A stretch of 64,000 nt of DNA from Eledone cirrhosa (lineage: Eukaryota): contig OZ024740.1 in the NCBI GenBank assembly GCA_964016885.1, positions 221,278,001 to 221,342,000 of the forward strand, written 5' to 3'. Below, in pieces: positions 25,401-36,992 of this stretch; the first letter of the stretch is position 1; every line of letters starts with the position of its first letter. Below the pieces are notes generated by a model, which ran no database searches, was not told where the DNA came from, and saw only the letters and a program-made list of their open reading frames with translations. A program made the translations under genes and the position numbers.

Positions 25401-25838
25401 AACAATTTACCACATTCTGAGAATTGGTATGAGCATAGGCCAGAGGCGGTGATGGAGAACAATCAGGTGAAGGTGCTGTGGGATTTTAGGATACAGACGG
25501 ACAAGAAACTGGAACACAATAGACCTGACCTGGTGGTTGTGGACAAAGAAAAAAGATCGTGCCTGATTGTGGATGTGGCCTGCCCGTTCGACACGAGAGT
25601 GCAAGAGAAGGAGAGGGAGAAAATTAACCGATACCAGGACCTAAAGTGGGAGGTGAAAAGGATTTGGAACTGCCATGAAGTCAAAGTGATCCCGATTGTC
25701 ATAGGCGCACTGGGGACTATCTCCAAAAGTTTCCAGGGATGGTTAAAGAAAATCGGCCCCTTCACGCTTTTTGGAACGCTTCAAAAGGCATGCTTGCTTG
25801 GAACAGCAAGAACCCTCCGATACGTCCTGAATATCTGA
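22446..25838 (+). CDS. Intact RT-RLE polyprotein of R4/Dong family C (copy C3), 1130 aa
   Basis: Same motifs as C2; about 17 amino-acid differences from C2 by eye; offset 4573 bp. Confidence 0.96.
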   Translation: METRTSCDRLSPNRCPLAQQQEPDCQPNTADVGGRRRRKGARTNWTKELNRTVMQCYLKSNPKERGYRRRMHNIWNEIGLFKLDEQKLAGQARVIRTNGWIGELELEELSRENGLEMAGVVCQTSEPEGNEGEEVLRTEEPPEADNDLNTEINNTWNRDTATEEMNADGLGQDSVDILNLVVDELNNDSGRPMNLRFVDRKKLKETTAKVNKVIPYLEARSLHQCNNILKATANTVRKLLGIKARGNNRQERAEPWWKKRLSGQIGEMRNDIGKLESLLNGTLKNIGTKNRLEIKYKTRRKKLNIIIEELKQRIVANSAKIRRYENRVSQYKQNRMFDNNQKMLFGQLEGKERGNDLIPGAEQTKTFWRGIWEQDVRHNAQAGWIETVQREIGEQAQQQTDLSITVETLKGQAKKLTNWKSPGPDGVQGYWIKHLTSLHPKLTAMFNDCLVSGEVPEWLTKGTTVLIMKDRIKGNDVTNYRPITCLSVMWKLLTSIVSEEIYHHLHTNNLLPDEQKGCRKKSRGTKDQLLIDKMVMGNCRRRHTDLAMGWIDYRKAFDMVPHSWITKSLEIFRVADNIRQLLGRSMGSWETELTSTGVSLGSVKIKRGIFQGDSLSPLLFVFALMPLTIMLRKVRAGYKLGGGELTINHLLFMDDLKLFGKSEKELDVLVDTVRIFSSDICMQFGIGKCGVIVMKRGRLSRSNGIQIPTGEMIKEIDSEEGYKYLGVLEADGIKNKKMKELLRTEYIRRVRSVLKSHLNSRNAISAVNSRAVSIIRYSAGILRWNVAEQKEMDRKTRKLLTIYNMFHKRSDVDRLYLRRSEGGRGLISIEDCVQMEKNNLYKYVTYSKEPMLRTVLKEGTVGQGMSKEEITSRRKSSLKGKSLHSTFFEKTEFRDPQTWNWLRRGDLKKATEGMLMAAQEQALKTKWLKHHIYKEEASPLCRICGEREETVAHIVSECKHLAQTHYKGWRHDVMGRVIHWHLCKVNNLPHSENWYEHRPEAVMENNQVKVLWDFRIQTDKKLEHNRPDLVVVDKEKRSCLIVDVACPFDTRVQEKEREKINRYQDLKWEVKRIWNCHEVKVIPIVIGALGTISKSFQGWLKKIGPFTLFGTLQKACLLGTARTLRYVLNI

Positions 25839-25914
25839 GGCTGCAGGTAGTGGCTTGATATTCAATCCAACGGACTTTCCAGTTAACCAACATCAATGAC
25901 TGAGATTCAAGGAA
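22446..25914 (+). mobile_element. R4/Dong family C copy C3 (5' boundary uncertain, may extend upstream)
   Basis: ORF, 3' UTR matching C2, (TAA)n tail to ~25953. Confidence 0.93.
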
Positions 25915-26152
25915 TAACAATAGCAATGATAATAATAATAATAATAATAATAATTATTATTATTATAAGTAATTACTGGTGGAATTAATTTCATTGTTAT
26001 TACGTAAGTTAATTTTTTTTTTTTTAAATTATAATCAATGTGCTGTATTAACTGGCTTACCAATGCACACTGTGAATTTATTTGCCCTAGGTGTCAGGAA
26101 GACACTCGGCATATATCTCAGAAACAATAATGAAAGAAAATAAAAATAATAA

Positions 26153-26188
<36 letters not shown>

Positions 26189-26399
26189 TTGGATTTAATG
26201 ATAATAATAATAATAATAGCAAAAAGAATAAAATGATAGTAATAATAGAACTTGATACACAAAGCAACAATAAACATGTTCAACAGATCAGCAGCCACAG
26301 AACGGAACAGGAACTCTACGACTCTGTTCACAATCTGATTAAAGAGAAAGACCTGCTAAGAAGTTATGTAGAATACACATTTGAAATTATTGGATGATA

Positions 26400-27110
26400 A
26401 TAATTGTTGTAAGATTTGCCTCAAGGCCAGCAATTTGAAGAGCAAAGTCGATTACATCCATCCCAGTCTGTTACTGGTATTTTATCTTATCGATTCCGGA
26501 ATGATGAAAGAAAGGCGATGCTAAACTCGGTGGAATTTGAACTCAGAACGAAAAAAGCTGTAACTATATGCCACAAAGCATGTTCTCCGTATCTCTACCG
26601 GTAGTACAGAGTAGGATGTACATCAAGTAATGTAGGTTGACACCTACAAAGAGGTAACAACAACAACAGCACCAACAACAACAATAACACTAACAATGTT
26701 AATAATAATCAATTCATAATAATTTTTGGCACAAGGTCAGCATTATCCAGTGTATTACTGGTACTATATTTTATCCAAATTATAATAATTGTTTCCATTT
26801 TAGGCACAAGTCCAGCACTTTAAAGGGAAGGGCGGAAAGTCGATTAAATTGACCCCAGTGCATTACTGGTATTTTATTTTATCGACTCCTTAGTCATGAA
26901 AGAAAGGCAAAGCTAACCTCAGTGGGATTTGAACTCAGAACGTAAAGAGCCGTAACTATATACCGCAAAGCAAGATGTTCGACGCTCTACCGGTAGTACA
27001 GAGTAAGGTTTACATCGTGTAATGGAAGGTGACACCAACAAAGAGATAACAACAACAACAACAACAACAACAACAATACACAATTAATAATAATCAAATC
27101 ATCATAATAA
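26400..27110 (-). repeat. ~405-bp tandem duplication of a SINE plus flank
   Basis: CTCTACCGGTAGTACAGAGTA...CAAAGAG(G)TAACAACAAC occurs at ~26593 and ~26985, each preceded by a minus-strand SINE. Confidence 0.7.
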
Positions 27111-27412
27111 TAACTATTTTTTTATCGTCTACAAGGACCGAAATCTAATAATGATTCCATTTATAATAACAACAATAATATTTCGTTCTTGTATTTGCTA
27201 TTAACATTGATTTATAGGAGGATAAAACGTGTACAAAATATGTAGAAATGAACAAAGTTATTTAGAAACACGAACAATGAGTAGCGAAGACATTACACAA
27301 AATTGGTAATTTTTTTAATTACACAAAATAATGAAATGAATCACTTTAGCTCTCTTTCCACATATATACAATTATTTCTAACCCCATCACACACACACAC
27401 ACATATATATAC

Positions 27413-28113
27413 AATAGAATTGGGATTTAGCTTCAAGCATAGCTGTATACAGATATGTATTGAAATTTCGTATTTCTAAAGAAATACGGTATGTTTACAG
27501 GTAAACATTTAGAAAGCTGTATCTATGCAAAAGACACCGGGGATATCGCCCCTGTTTTCAAGTCCAGCAGAAGCCAGGACAATCGTCAATGCATTTCGAA
27601 CTTAACTGGTTCTCATCAGGACGTTCCCTCCCACTCTGCTGGACTTGAAAACAGGCGAGAATATATGGTTTTCTCGTCTGTATAAATGAGGTGACTAATC
27701 TCATTTGCATATGAAGCTGCATATGGGTTTCTAAATATTTATGCATTAACATACCGTATTTCTTTAGAAATACGAAATTTCAATACATATCTGTATACAG
27801 CTATGCATGAAACTGAATCCTAATTCTATTCTATTATAAGTTGAGCCAACTTCTGCAGCTTCATATGCAAATGAGATTAATCACCTCATTTACACAGACG
27901 AGAAAACTATATATTTTCGACTGTTTTCAAGTCCAGCAGTCGCAAGAGTGGGAGGGATTGTTCTGATGAGGACCAGTTAAGTTCGAAATGCATTGTCTCA
28001 CTTGCTTCTGCTGGACACCACAAGAAGGCGATAGCCTCGGTGTTTTGCATAGCTACGGCTTTCTAAATGTTTATCCATAAACATACCGTATTTTTTTAGA
28101 ATACGAAATTTCA
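27413..28113. mobile_element. Penelope-pLTR/retrozyme-like unit: inverted copy (27413-27722) + partial tandem (period ~332 bp), next to (TA)n
   Basis: 27413-27722 is the reverse complement of parts of 27728-28113; 27728-27783 recurs at 28060-28113; contains hammerhead motifs. Confidence 0.8.
27581..27625 (-). ncRNA. Minimal type-I hammerhead ribozyme motif (mirror copy on + at ~27957-27997)
   Basis: CGTC-CTGATGA-GAAC(cagttaa)GTTC-GAA-ATGCAT-T-GACG: stems I and II pair, palindromic stem III. Confidence 0.85.
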
Positions 28114-28750
<637 letters not shown>

Positions 28751-28782
28751 TCTGTATATATATTTTGGTAGATATACTAATT

Positions 28783-28874
<92 letters not shown>

Positions 28875-29052
28875 GTGTGTGTGTGTGTGTGTGAAGTGAT
28901 ACAAATACAAAGTTATCACATTTTATTCATTAAAATTGTTTCAGTAAAATAAACTCACTTTCATATCGAGCATATCGTATTAAATGTGCTCGAGTAATAT
29001 TTATCTCTTCAGGGAAATTATCAAAATGATTTTCATTATCGCAACAAGGTCT

Positions 29053-29146
<94 letters not shown>

Positions 29147-29214
29147 AGGGGGGGGGGGTGAGTGTGCGCGTGTGTGTATATATGTGAGTATCTTTATATA
29201 TATATATATATAAC

Positions 29215-30232
29215 ATTAATAAAATAAAATTAAATTAAGGGAGTCATGTCAGAGACATGCACCATATCCACCGTAGAATAAGCTCAAAGATTCCAATGAA
29301 TAGATCCGAGCATTTTATATCAACTAGAAATTGATTGACATATATATATATATTTAAAATAAACACACGAAACAATCACAGAAGATAATTTGTAAAGTGT
29401 GTAATCACACATAGCTATGTAGGTAACTAATTAAAGTTTAACTAGAGCTTCAAATATTACCTTTTTAAAAATGATTAGTCCTCCTTGTATATATTTCATT
29501 AAAGAAATATATTTTACCGTTAATCCGTAAAGTCACAGTAGTCAAATCTTGGATCTTCAGCAAGGGGGAAGATTTAACTATCTGTGTTTACACATCAAAT
29601 GCAAATCTGTGAGTGAGCCATCGCACGTGTTGCATTTCTAAAACTACTAACAACATGCTAGCGTCATCACATTGGCGTGAATAGGGTGATCGACAGCTAT
29701 AAATAGCAGGGGTCCTTTCAACTGAATAAGCTCTACAAGTAAGGAGCCGATTATATAATTAAAATTAATTAAATTAAATTAAATTAAGGGAGTCATGCGA
29801 GACATGCGCCATATCCTCCGTAGAATAAGCTTAAAGATTCCAATGAATAGAACCTACATAGCTATGTGTGATTACACACTTTACAAATTATCCCCTGTGA
29901 TTGTTTCATCTGTTTATTTTAAATATATATATATGTCAATCAATTTCTAGTTGATATAAAATGCTCGGATCTATTCATTGGAATCTTTGAGCTTATTCTA
30001 CGGTGGATATGGCGCATGTCTCGGACATGACTCTTTTAATTTAATTTAATTTAATTTAATTTAATTAATTTTAGATATATAAACGGCTCCTTAATTGTAG
30101 AGCTTATTCAGTTGAAAGGACCCCTGCTATTTATAGCTGTCGATCACCCTATTCACGCCAATGTGATGACGCTAGCATGTTGTTAGTAGTTTTAGAAATG
30201 CAACACGTGCGATGGCTCACTCACAGATTTGC
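29215..30232. mobile_element. pLTR/retrozyme-like unit: partial tandem (period ~549 bp) followed by inverted copy (29852-30232), in (TA)n
   Basis: AGGGAGTCATG at 29238 and 29787; 29852-30232 is the reverse complement of 29228-29424 and 29601-29800. Confidence 0.8.
29480..29568 (-). ncRNA. Degenerate type-I hammerhead with long stem II
   Basis: CCTTG-CTGAAGA-(~55 nt, imperfect stem II)-GAA-ATATAT-A-CAAGG. Confidence 0.55.
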
Positions 30233-30242
30233 CCTTATTATC

Positions 30243-30264
<22 letters not shown>

Positions 30265-30273
<9 letters not shown>

Positions 30274-31655
30274 TAACAGATTAAAGTTTAAGCAAAGAAT
30301 CGCTGCTTTCACCCTTAACGGGATCTTCTGAAACTAAAAAGGTCAATCTGTGAACGCAGAAGTAAATATTTCAAAAAACGTTGCAACAGGAAGACGATAC
30401 TTTGGTTCGTGGAAACGTTCCCTGGCAAAGAACGGGAAAAAACGAAGATAATACGTCATTATTTGGAGCGGTTCAAATCCCGCCGAGGTTAACTTTGCCT
30501 TTCATCCTTACGGGGTCGATAAAAATAAAGCACCAGTTATACACTGGGATAATTGCTGGCCTTGTGCCAAATGTAGAAACAATTATTTGGAACGGTGAAA
30601 AACAATTACACGCAAAGACAAAAGCACGTTTATGGTATAAAAGAAGTCGTAGACTAATATTCTCTTAGGTGGTTCATGGAGACGTTCTCTGGCAATGAAC
30701 GGAAAAAACGAAGAAAATACGTCATTATGTGGTGTGGTGAGAACAATTACACGCAAAGACAAAACCACGTAAATGGTATAACTGAAGTCGTAGACTAAAA
30801 TTCTAACTAGGAAACCGAATGATTCTCGGCTTCAGAGTTAAGAATAAAGTAAATAAAATACAGAGGTAATAGAAATTAAATAAATACATACACGCATCCA
30901 TGTACGTACATACACAAGCATACGCGAAAACACTCGCCATAGGTATACAAATACAAGCACGTACACAAAAAAACCCCACACGCACATACAGAACCCACGC
31001 AACGCCTGTACCCGCACACATACGAATGTATACACCAAATGCACATAAAAAAATATATATTAAAAAAAAAAATATATATATATGTGTGTGTGTGTGTATA
31101 CATATAATTAAATAAACGTATATAAATAAATAAATACGTATATAACGCACGCACACACATTAATTTCAATTACCTCTGTATTTTATTTACTTTATTCTTA
31201 ACTCTCAAGCCGAGAATCATTCGGTTTCCTAGTTAGAATTTTAGTCTACGACTTCAGTTATACCATTTACGTGATTTTGTCTTTGCGTGCAATTGTTCTC
31301 ACCACTCCACATATGACGTATTTTCTTCGTTTTTTTCCGTTGCCAGAAAACGTCTCCATGAACCACCTAATAGAATATTAGTCTACGACTTCTTTTATAC
31401 CATAAACGTGGTTTTGTCTTTGCGTGTAATTGTTTTTCACCGCTCCAAATAATGACGTATTATCTTCGTTTTTTCCCGTTCTTTGCCAGGGAACGTTTCC
31501 ACGAACCAAAGAATCGTCTTCCTGTCTTCCTCCGGTTGCAACGTTCTTTGAAATATTTACTTCTGCGTTCACAGATTGACTTTTTTAGTTTCAGAAGATC
31601 CCGTTAAGGGCGAAAGCAGCGATTCTTTGCTTAAACTTTAATTTGTTATTTTAAT
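30265..31655. repeat. Long inverted repeat (~500-bp arms, ~270-bp spacer) in (TA)n; left arm interrupted by a SINE fragment (30470-30585)
   Basis: 30265-30880 is the reverse complement of 31160-31655 apart from the SINE. Confidence 0.93.
31587..31637 (+). ncRNA. Type-I hammerhead motif with CAGAAGA core variant (mirror copy 30285-30335 on -)
   Basis: AGTTT-CAGAAGA-TCCC(gttaa)GGGC-GAA-AGCA(gcgattctt)TGCT-T-AAACT; all three stems pair. Confidence 0.65.
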
Positions 31656-31731
31656 AAATATTTGCTCTACGGTTCTTATATATTTGATATCGAGCCCTCT
31701 TTGCATTTTTGTCTTCAAATTTATTATTATT

Positions 31732-31828
<97 letters not shown>

Positions 31829-31999
31829 TTCTAGAGTAAACCAATCTTAAAGAGAGAGATGGAGATAGGAGAGGAGAAGAGAGATTGGTGACGTTGTTAG
31901 AAGCCAAAAGCGTAGAGGCATGTGCTCAATGTGCAATATGCAGTGGAAGGCAGCTAGAGGGATGGGTTAATGCAGAGATTAGGTGCACAGAGCTGGAAA

Positions 32000-32366
32000 T
32001 ATTCATTAGTTAAGCAAAACAAGACCACACAATTCACAAGGAATACGTTATTTAAAGAGTGTCAACATAGTTCTCGACAGAAGCGTAATGCTTGCTTATA
32101 GCAGACAATAGATAGATCCAGGACCACTTTCGTGAAATACTAATATATGGAACATTACATTCATGTAACCATCTTTCTTTACTTTACTATATATTCCTTA
32201 TTCCATCTTATCTTTATCAATATTTTCATTATCTCATTTGAAGTTCTGAAGAGCCGCTCCATAATATTACCTAAGTTACTTATCTTCATCTGAATCAGAT
32301 CAATAATGATTTATAATCAATTGATCCAGAAAAATTATATGAAGTAGCGAAACAATTGAAAACCGA

Positions 32367-32401
<35 letters not shown>

Positions 32402-32700
32402 GGGTTGGACGCCATGCTTTCTAGCATAGTTACGTCCCTTTACAGTCTGAGTTCAAATCCCGCCGAGGTTAACTTTGCCTTTCATACTTACGGGGTCGAT
32501 AAAATAAAGTACCAGTAATGTACTGGGTAATTGGTGGCTTTGTGCCTAAAGTAGAAACAATTATTATTATTATTATTCCTTACATTAAACTATAATTACA
32601 CTCCTTATTCCTTACATTAAACTGCAACTATGTTGACACTCTTTAAATAACGTCTTCCTTGTGAATTTTGTGGTCTTGTTTTGCTTAACTAATGAATATA
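32000..32700 (+). mobile_element. Hammerhead-bearing unit with ~75-bp inverted termini; SINE inserted at 32401-32560; second copy at ~37900-38220
   Basis: 32000-32070 is the reverse complement of 32627-32700; CTGAAGA-GCCGCTCCATA...TATGAAGTAGC-GAAACAATTG at 32246-32357. Confidence 0.7.
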
Positions 32701-33349
32701 TATATATATATATATATGAGAGACGTAAAATAAGAAAATTATAAAATTAACTTACTTACTAAAATATCACTTCCAACAAATTAGTTTCTGAAATGGAATA
32801 AATATATTTTCCGAAGAAAACATATAGAATCATTTCGTCGTCAGGGAAGACTATTCTCAGCTAAGTATCCAGGCAAAGCGTGGACTCTGGAAACTTATTC
32901 AAAAATAATTCAGTGGATAGAAAATAGCAAAGCGTGGACTGAATTCCTAGCCATTGAGAAAATCACTGCCTCTGCGTCGGTGGCAAATTCAAAAAGAATC
33001 AATCACGTGACATCGAGCTCAATCAGTGGAAAGTGGTTTGTTAATAAGACAGCGGCCAGCCTACTACCATAGCAGCAGTCTTGGCCAATATTGCTCGACA
33101 AATAATTTGGAGATAATTATAAATAATTAATATCTAGTAACATATATATACATACAGATGCATATCAATGCTAGCAAATATATAGGTTTTGTCTTAGTAA
33201 CTTTGTGGTTCAATGCATGGGGTTGCAGAACAATAATATGAGAGACGTAAAATAAGAAAATTATAAAATTAACTTACTTACTAAAATATCACTTCCAACT
33301 AATTAGATTCTGAAATGGAATAAATATATTTTCCGAAGAAAACATAGAT

Positions 33350-35055
33350 TCTGTACGTACTGACTCTCGAGCCACTACTGCGAAAGTAGGAGCTATTGCA
33401 GGGCATCCCTTTGGAACAGAGACTGCGAAAAGCGGCGTCGGCCTACGCCGACGACGTGACAGTAATGGTGTCGAGCACCTCGCAAATCGGGGAGGTCTGC
33501 ACCTTACTGGAGGAATACGAAAGGTTCACAGGAGCGAAGCTGAACCGGGACAAAACCGTCGGTTTGCAACTCGGAACGTGGAGAGGCAAACCGATGCCTT
33601 CCGATGGCGTCGTCGGACGCTGGACGGAAGGACCGGTAAAGCTGCTCGAGGTCTGGTTTGGTCCGGACCTCCAGGTGGAGAAGAACTGGAACGAGGTGAC
33701 GGCCAAGGTGTTTGCGCTCACCCAGAAGTGGGCCGAGTGCAAACTATCCTTGAAAGGTCGAGTGGAGGTGGCGAAGACTTTTATAGCGTCCGTCATCTAC
33801 TACCGCTTGAGCGTCGTGCCTTGTCCAGCCAAAACGCTCACCAAAATGGAGCGCGCGCTCTTCCATTTCCTTTGGAAGAAACGTCCTCCTTTGGTGAGAA
33901 GATCCATCTGCTGCCAACACCCTTCAAACGGAGGGCTGGGGATGCCGTGGATGACGATGCGCAAACACGCGCTCAGGCTGCGGCACCTCCACGTATTCCT
34001 CACCGGACAACCGGTGTTGGCCCCGTTCGTGAGGCGAACCTTCTCACGACTCGTCTCGCTAACCGATCTGCAGTCCTGGGTCAAGCAAAGACCGAAGAAA
34101 ATGGGGGACTGGCACATCGAATGTGCTCAGGCGCTGACAGTCCTCTGGCAAACAGCCTCGGCGATCAGTGGAAACTCCATTTCGAAATTCTATAGAGGTT
34201 TGGTCCGCAGCAAGTGCGACGACGCGCCTGGAGAAACTCTGGGCGTAGAGGAAGACGAACTGGCCAGTCTGACCGGTAGGACCTTCCGCCCTGACCAATG
34301 GACAACTTACAAAAATTCCTGGCCTGGCAGTGCTACCGAGGAGCTCTACCAGTTCGAGACAAGCTCTACAGACACGGGCGCCCGGGCAGGGACCCTTTAA
34401 AAAAGATCTGTCTGAGATGATCGCGACGAGGAAACCGTCGCGCACGCATTTGTACACTGCCCGAACGTTACCGACCTGTGGGGCTATGTAGAACGACTAT
34501 TGTCGCGGGTGGGACCAATCCAGTTGACCACCGAGTCCATTGTCATGATCAAACCGCCACCCTCCTTCAAAAACGAAGGAGAGGCGGTTTTCCTATGTGT
34601 TATGGCTATGGTGAAAGAGGTTATATGGTGGACGAGGTTACAAGGGCTGAGGTCAGACACCTTTCTCTCCGGCGAGCAACTGATTCGTTTTTTCAAATAT
34701 CATTTTGGAAGAAGAATCAGGATGGAGAGAGAGGTGCTGTACCCCAGCAAATTTTATAAAAGGTGGGTGAATGTGGCAAAGATGGCCCGAGTGGCTGGGC
34801 CTTCTCTCTATATAAGCCTGTGGGTTGAGGAAAAAGAGGAAGAGAGGAAGGGAGTACTCACTCTTGGTGCTCTTGGAGATGAGGGTTGTACATTTTTTCG
34901 GGGTGTGTACAACCCCTGTGTAACGCCTCCCCCCTATTGGGGATTTCAATTGTTATTTGTTATTTTATTAATAGTTTTATTTTCATATACCTGTATGTAA
35001 ACTCCCCATTTGTATTTGTCCCCTTCTTTTATGCCCTTGTGGCTAATAAAAAAAA
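33350..35055 (+). mobile_element. L1/Tx1-clade LINE, 5'-truncated 3' part, ending before (TC)n
   Basis: SAYADDVTV RT motif, GAKLNRDKT, LSLKGRV, GGLGMP; colinear with 7997-9010; frameshift near 34290; AATAAA at 35045. Confidence 0.93.
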
Positions 35056-35093
35056 TTATCTATTCTATATATTTTTCTATCTCCCTCTTTCTG

Positions 35094-35167
<74 letters not shown>

Positions 35168-35185
35168 TCTCTCTTTATATATATA

Positions 35186-35300
35186 TAGGAACAAATAAGA
35201 CCCCGACGGCTGAGCTCAAGCCGTTTCGACGGCTAATTCTGGTCCAGAATTAGCCGTCGAAACGGCTTGAGCTCAGCCGTCGGGGTCTTATTTGTTCCTA
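35186..35300. repeat. Perfect 57-bp inverted repeat with 1-nt loop
   Basis: 35186-35242 is the exact reverse complement of 35244-35300. Confidence 0.97.
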
Positions 35301-35484
35301 TTACCCACTCTACTACCCTAAGTATTGAGTACTTTGGTGCGTTATGGTCCACTTGGTTCCTTACCACATTTCCTTCGTTATATATATATATATATATATC
35401 CGTATGTAATTGATGGAAGAGAGAAAAAGTACTCAATACCAAAGCAGTTTAAGTATTCATTTATTACGGCTAAGTAGTGAGTCT

Positions 35485-35529
35485 TGTTACTCTGGAGTTT
35501 CATCTGCGCACTCACAGAATCATTAGACA
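35485..35529 (-). ncRNA. Type-I hammerhead remnant (G5A core mutation)
   Basis: TGT-CTAATGA-T-TCTGTG(agtg)CGCAGA-T-GAA-ACTC(ca)GAGT-A-ACA. Confidence 0.6.
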
Positions 35530-35725
35530 CATATATATATATATATCATCACACACACGCACACACACGCACACATACACACACACATATACATACAGTA
35601 TATTTAATATAGAAATGGCTTCGACAGGACTAGTCCTGTAGAAGTCATTTCTATATCAAATATTTATACTTTACTATGTATCGAGTACCTTACTTACTGT
35701 GGTTACCCCCGATTGAACCCTAGAT

Positions 35726-35776
<51 letters not shown>

Positions 35777-35779
35777 CGC

Positions 35780-35877
<98 letters not shown>

Positions 35878-36629
35878 TTATGACACACCTCGGCATAGTT
35901 TACCGAATCTCATTCACAGGATATTGATCAACCGGAGGCTCAAGTAAGAGAACCTGCTTAGGGTTTCTTGCAGGAAGATCTATTCCAGAAGCATATGGTC
36001 CGTAACAGATAGAACAAACCTCTTTATCACACAGTCTTTCTTGCGCCTATATCTAGGTTTTATTTATTAATTTGTGTGGTTTTAATGTAAAATCGATTTT
36101 ATTATAACAATATCGCTAATATAAAAGTACTGATCTAAACAGAATGCAAATACAAGTGTCCTACAATGACTATAACACAGTTTGTATATATTGTAAATTC
36201 AAGTTGAACATAGGAGATTACCAAAGAAAGAGGCATTAGCCGTTGCGGACGCTACGTAGATTAAATTGGTATATTGTTATAGATTTAAAGTAACGATTCA
36301 AGGCCAGCTTAAGGAGAGGAGAAGTAAATAAAATCAATAATATGATAGATAAACATACAAAAATAAGACGTTTAAACCAAAGAAATTCTTAGAAAGATCG
36401 AGGAATCAATTAGATAAAATAACACATTGAAGAAGACTTAAGTGGAATAAAACAATGAGAACAAAAGCTTGTGAAAATCTACCATAGACACGAATCTTTG
36501 GAAATTGAAATAGGAAAAAACAATACTGAAAGTAAAAATGATGTGTAATTAAAGAACCTAGTAAAATAATAGCAGCATTTAGAATGTATACCCAATAAGT
36601 AAATGCTATTTATTACATTAAATACAAAT

Positions 36630-36992
36630 AATTGTTTCTACTTTTGGCACAAGGCCAGCAATTACCCAGTGCATTACTGGTACTTTATTTTATCGACCCC
36701 GTAAGAATGAAAGACAAAGTTAACTTCGGCGGGATTTGAACTCAAAGCATGGCGTCCGGCCCTCTACCGATACTGCCAATACAAATAATGGTTTCTTATA
36801 TAGGCACAAGGCCAGTAATTTGGGCGAAGGGGAAAGTCGATTAAATCGACCCCAGTGCGTGACTGGTACTTTATTTTCTCGACCCCATAAGGATGAAAGG
36901 TACAGTTAACCTCGGCTGGATTTGATCTCAGATCATAAAGAGCCGTAACTCTATGCTACAAAGCATGGCGTCCGACCCTCTACCGATACTAC
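36630..36992 (-). mobile_element. Two tandem tRNA-derived SINE copies (short and long subtype)
   Basis: Reverse-complement A-box, B-box and core motifs present twice. Confidence 0.88.

Noticed and set aside
17903-25765. Antisense ORFs duplicated in C2 and C3
   Set aside because: Shadows of the sense RT ORF, repeated only because the copies are nearly identical
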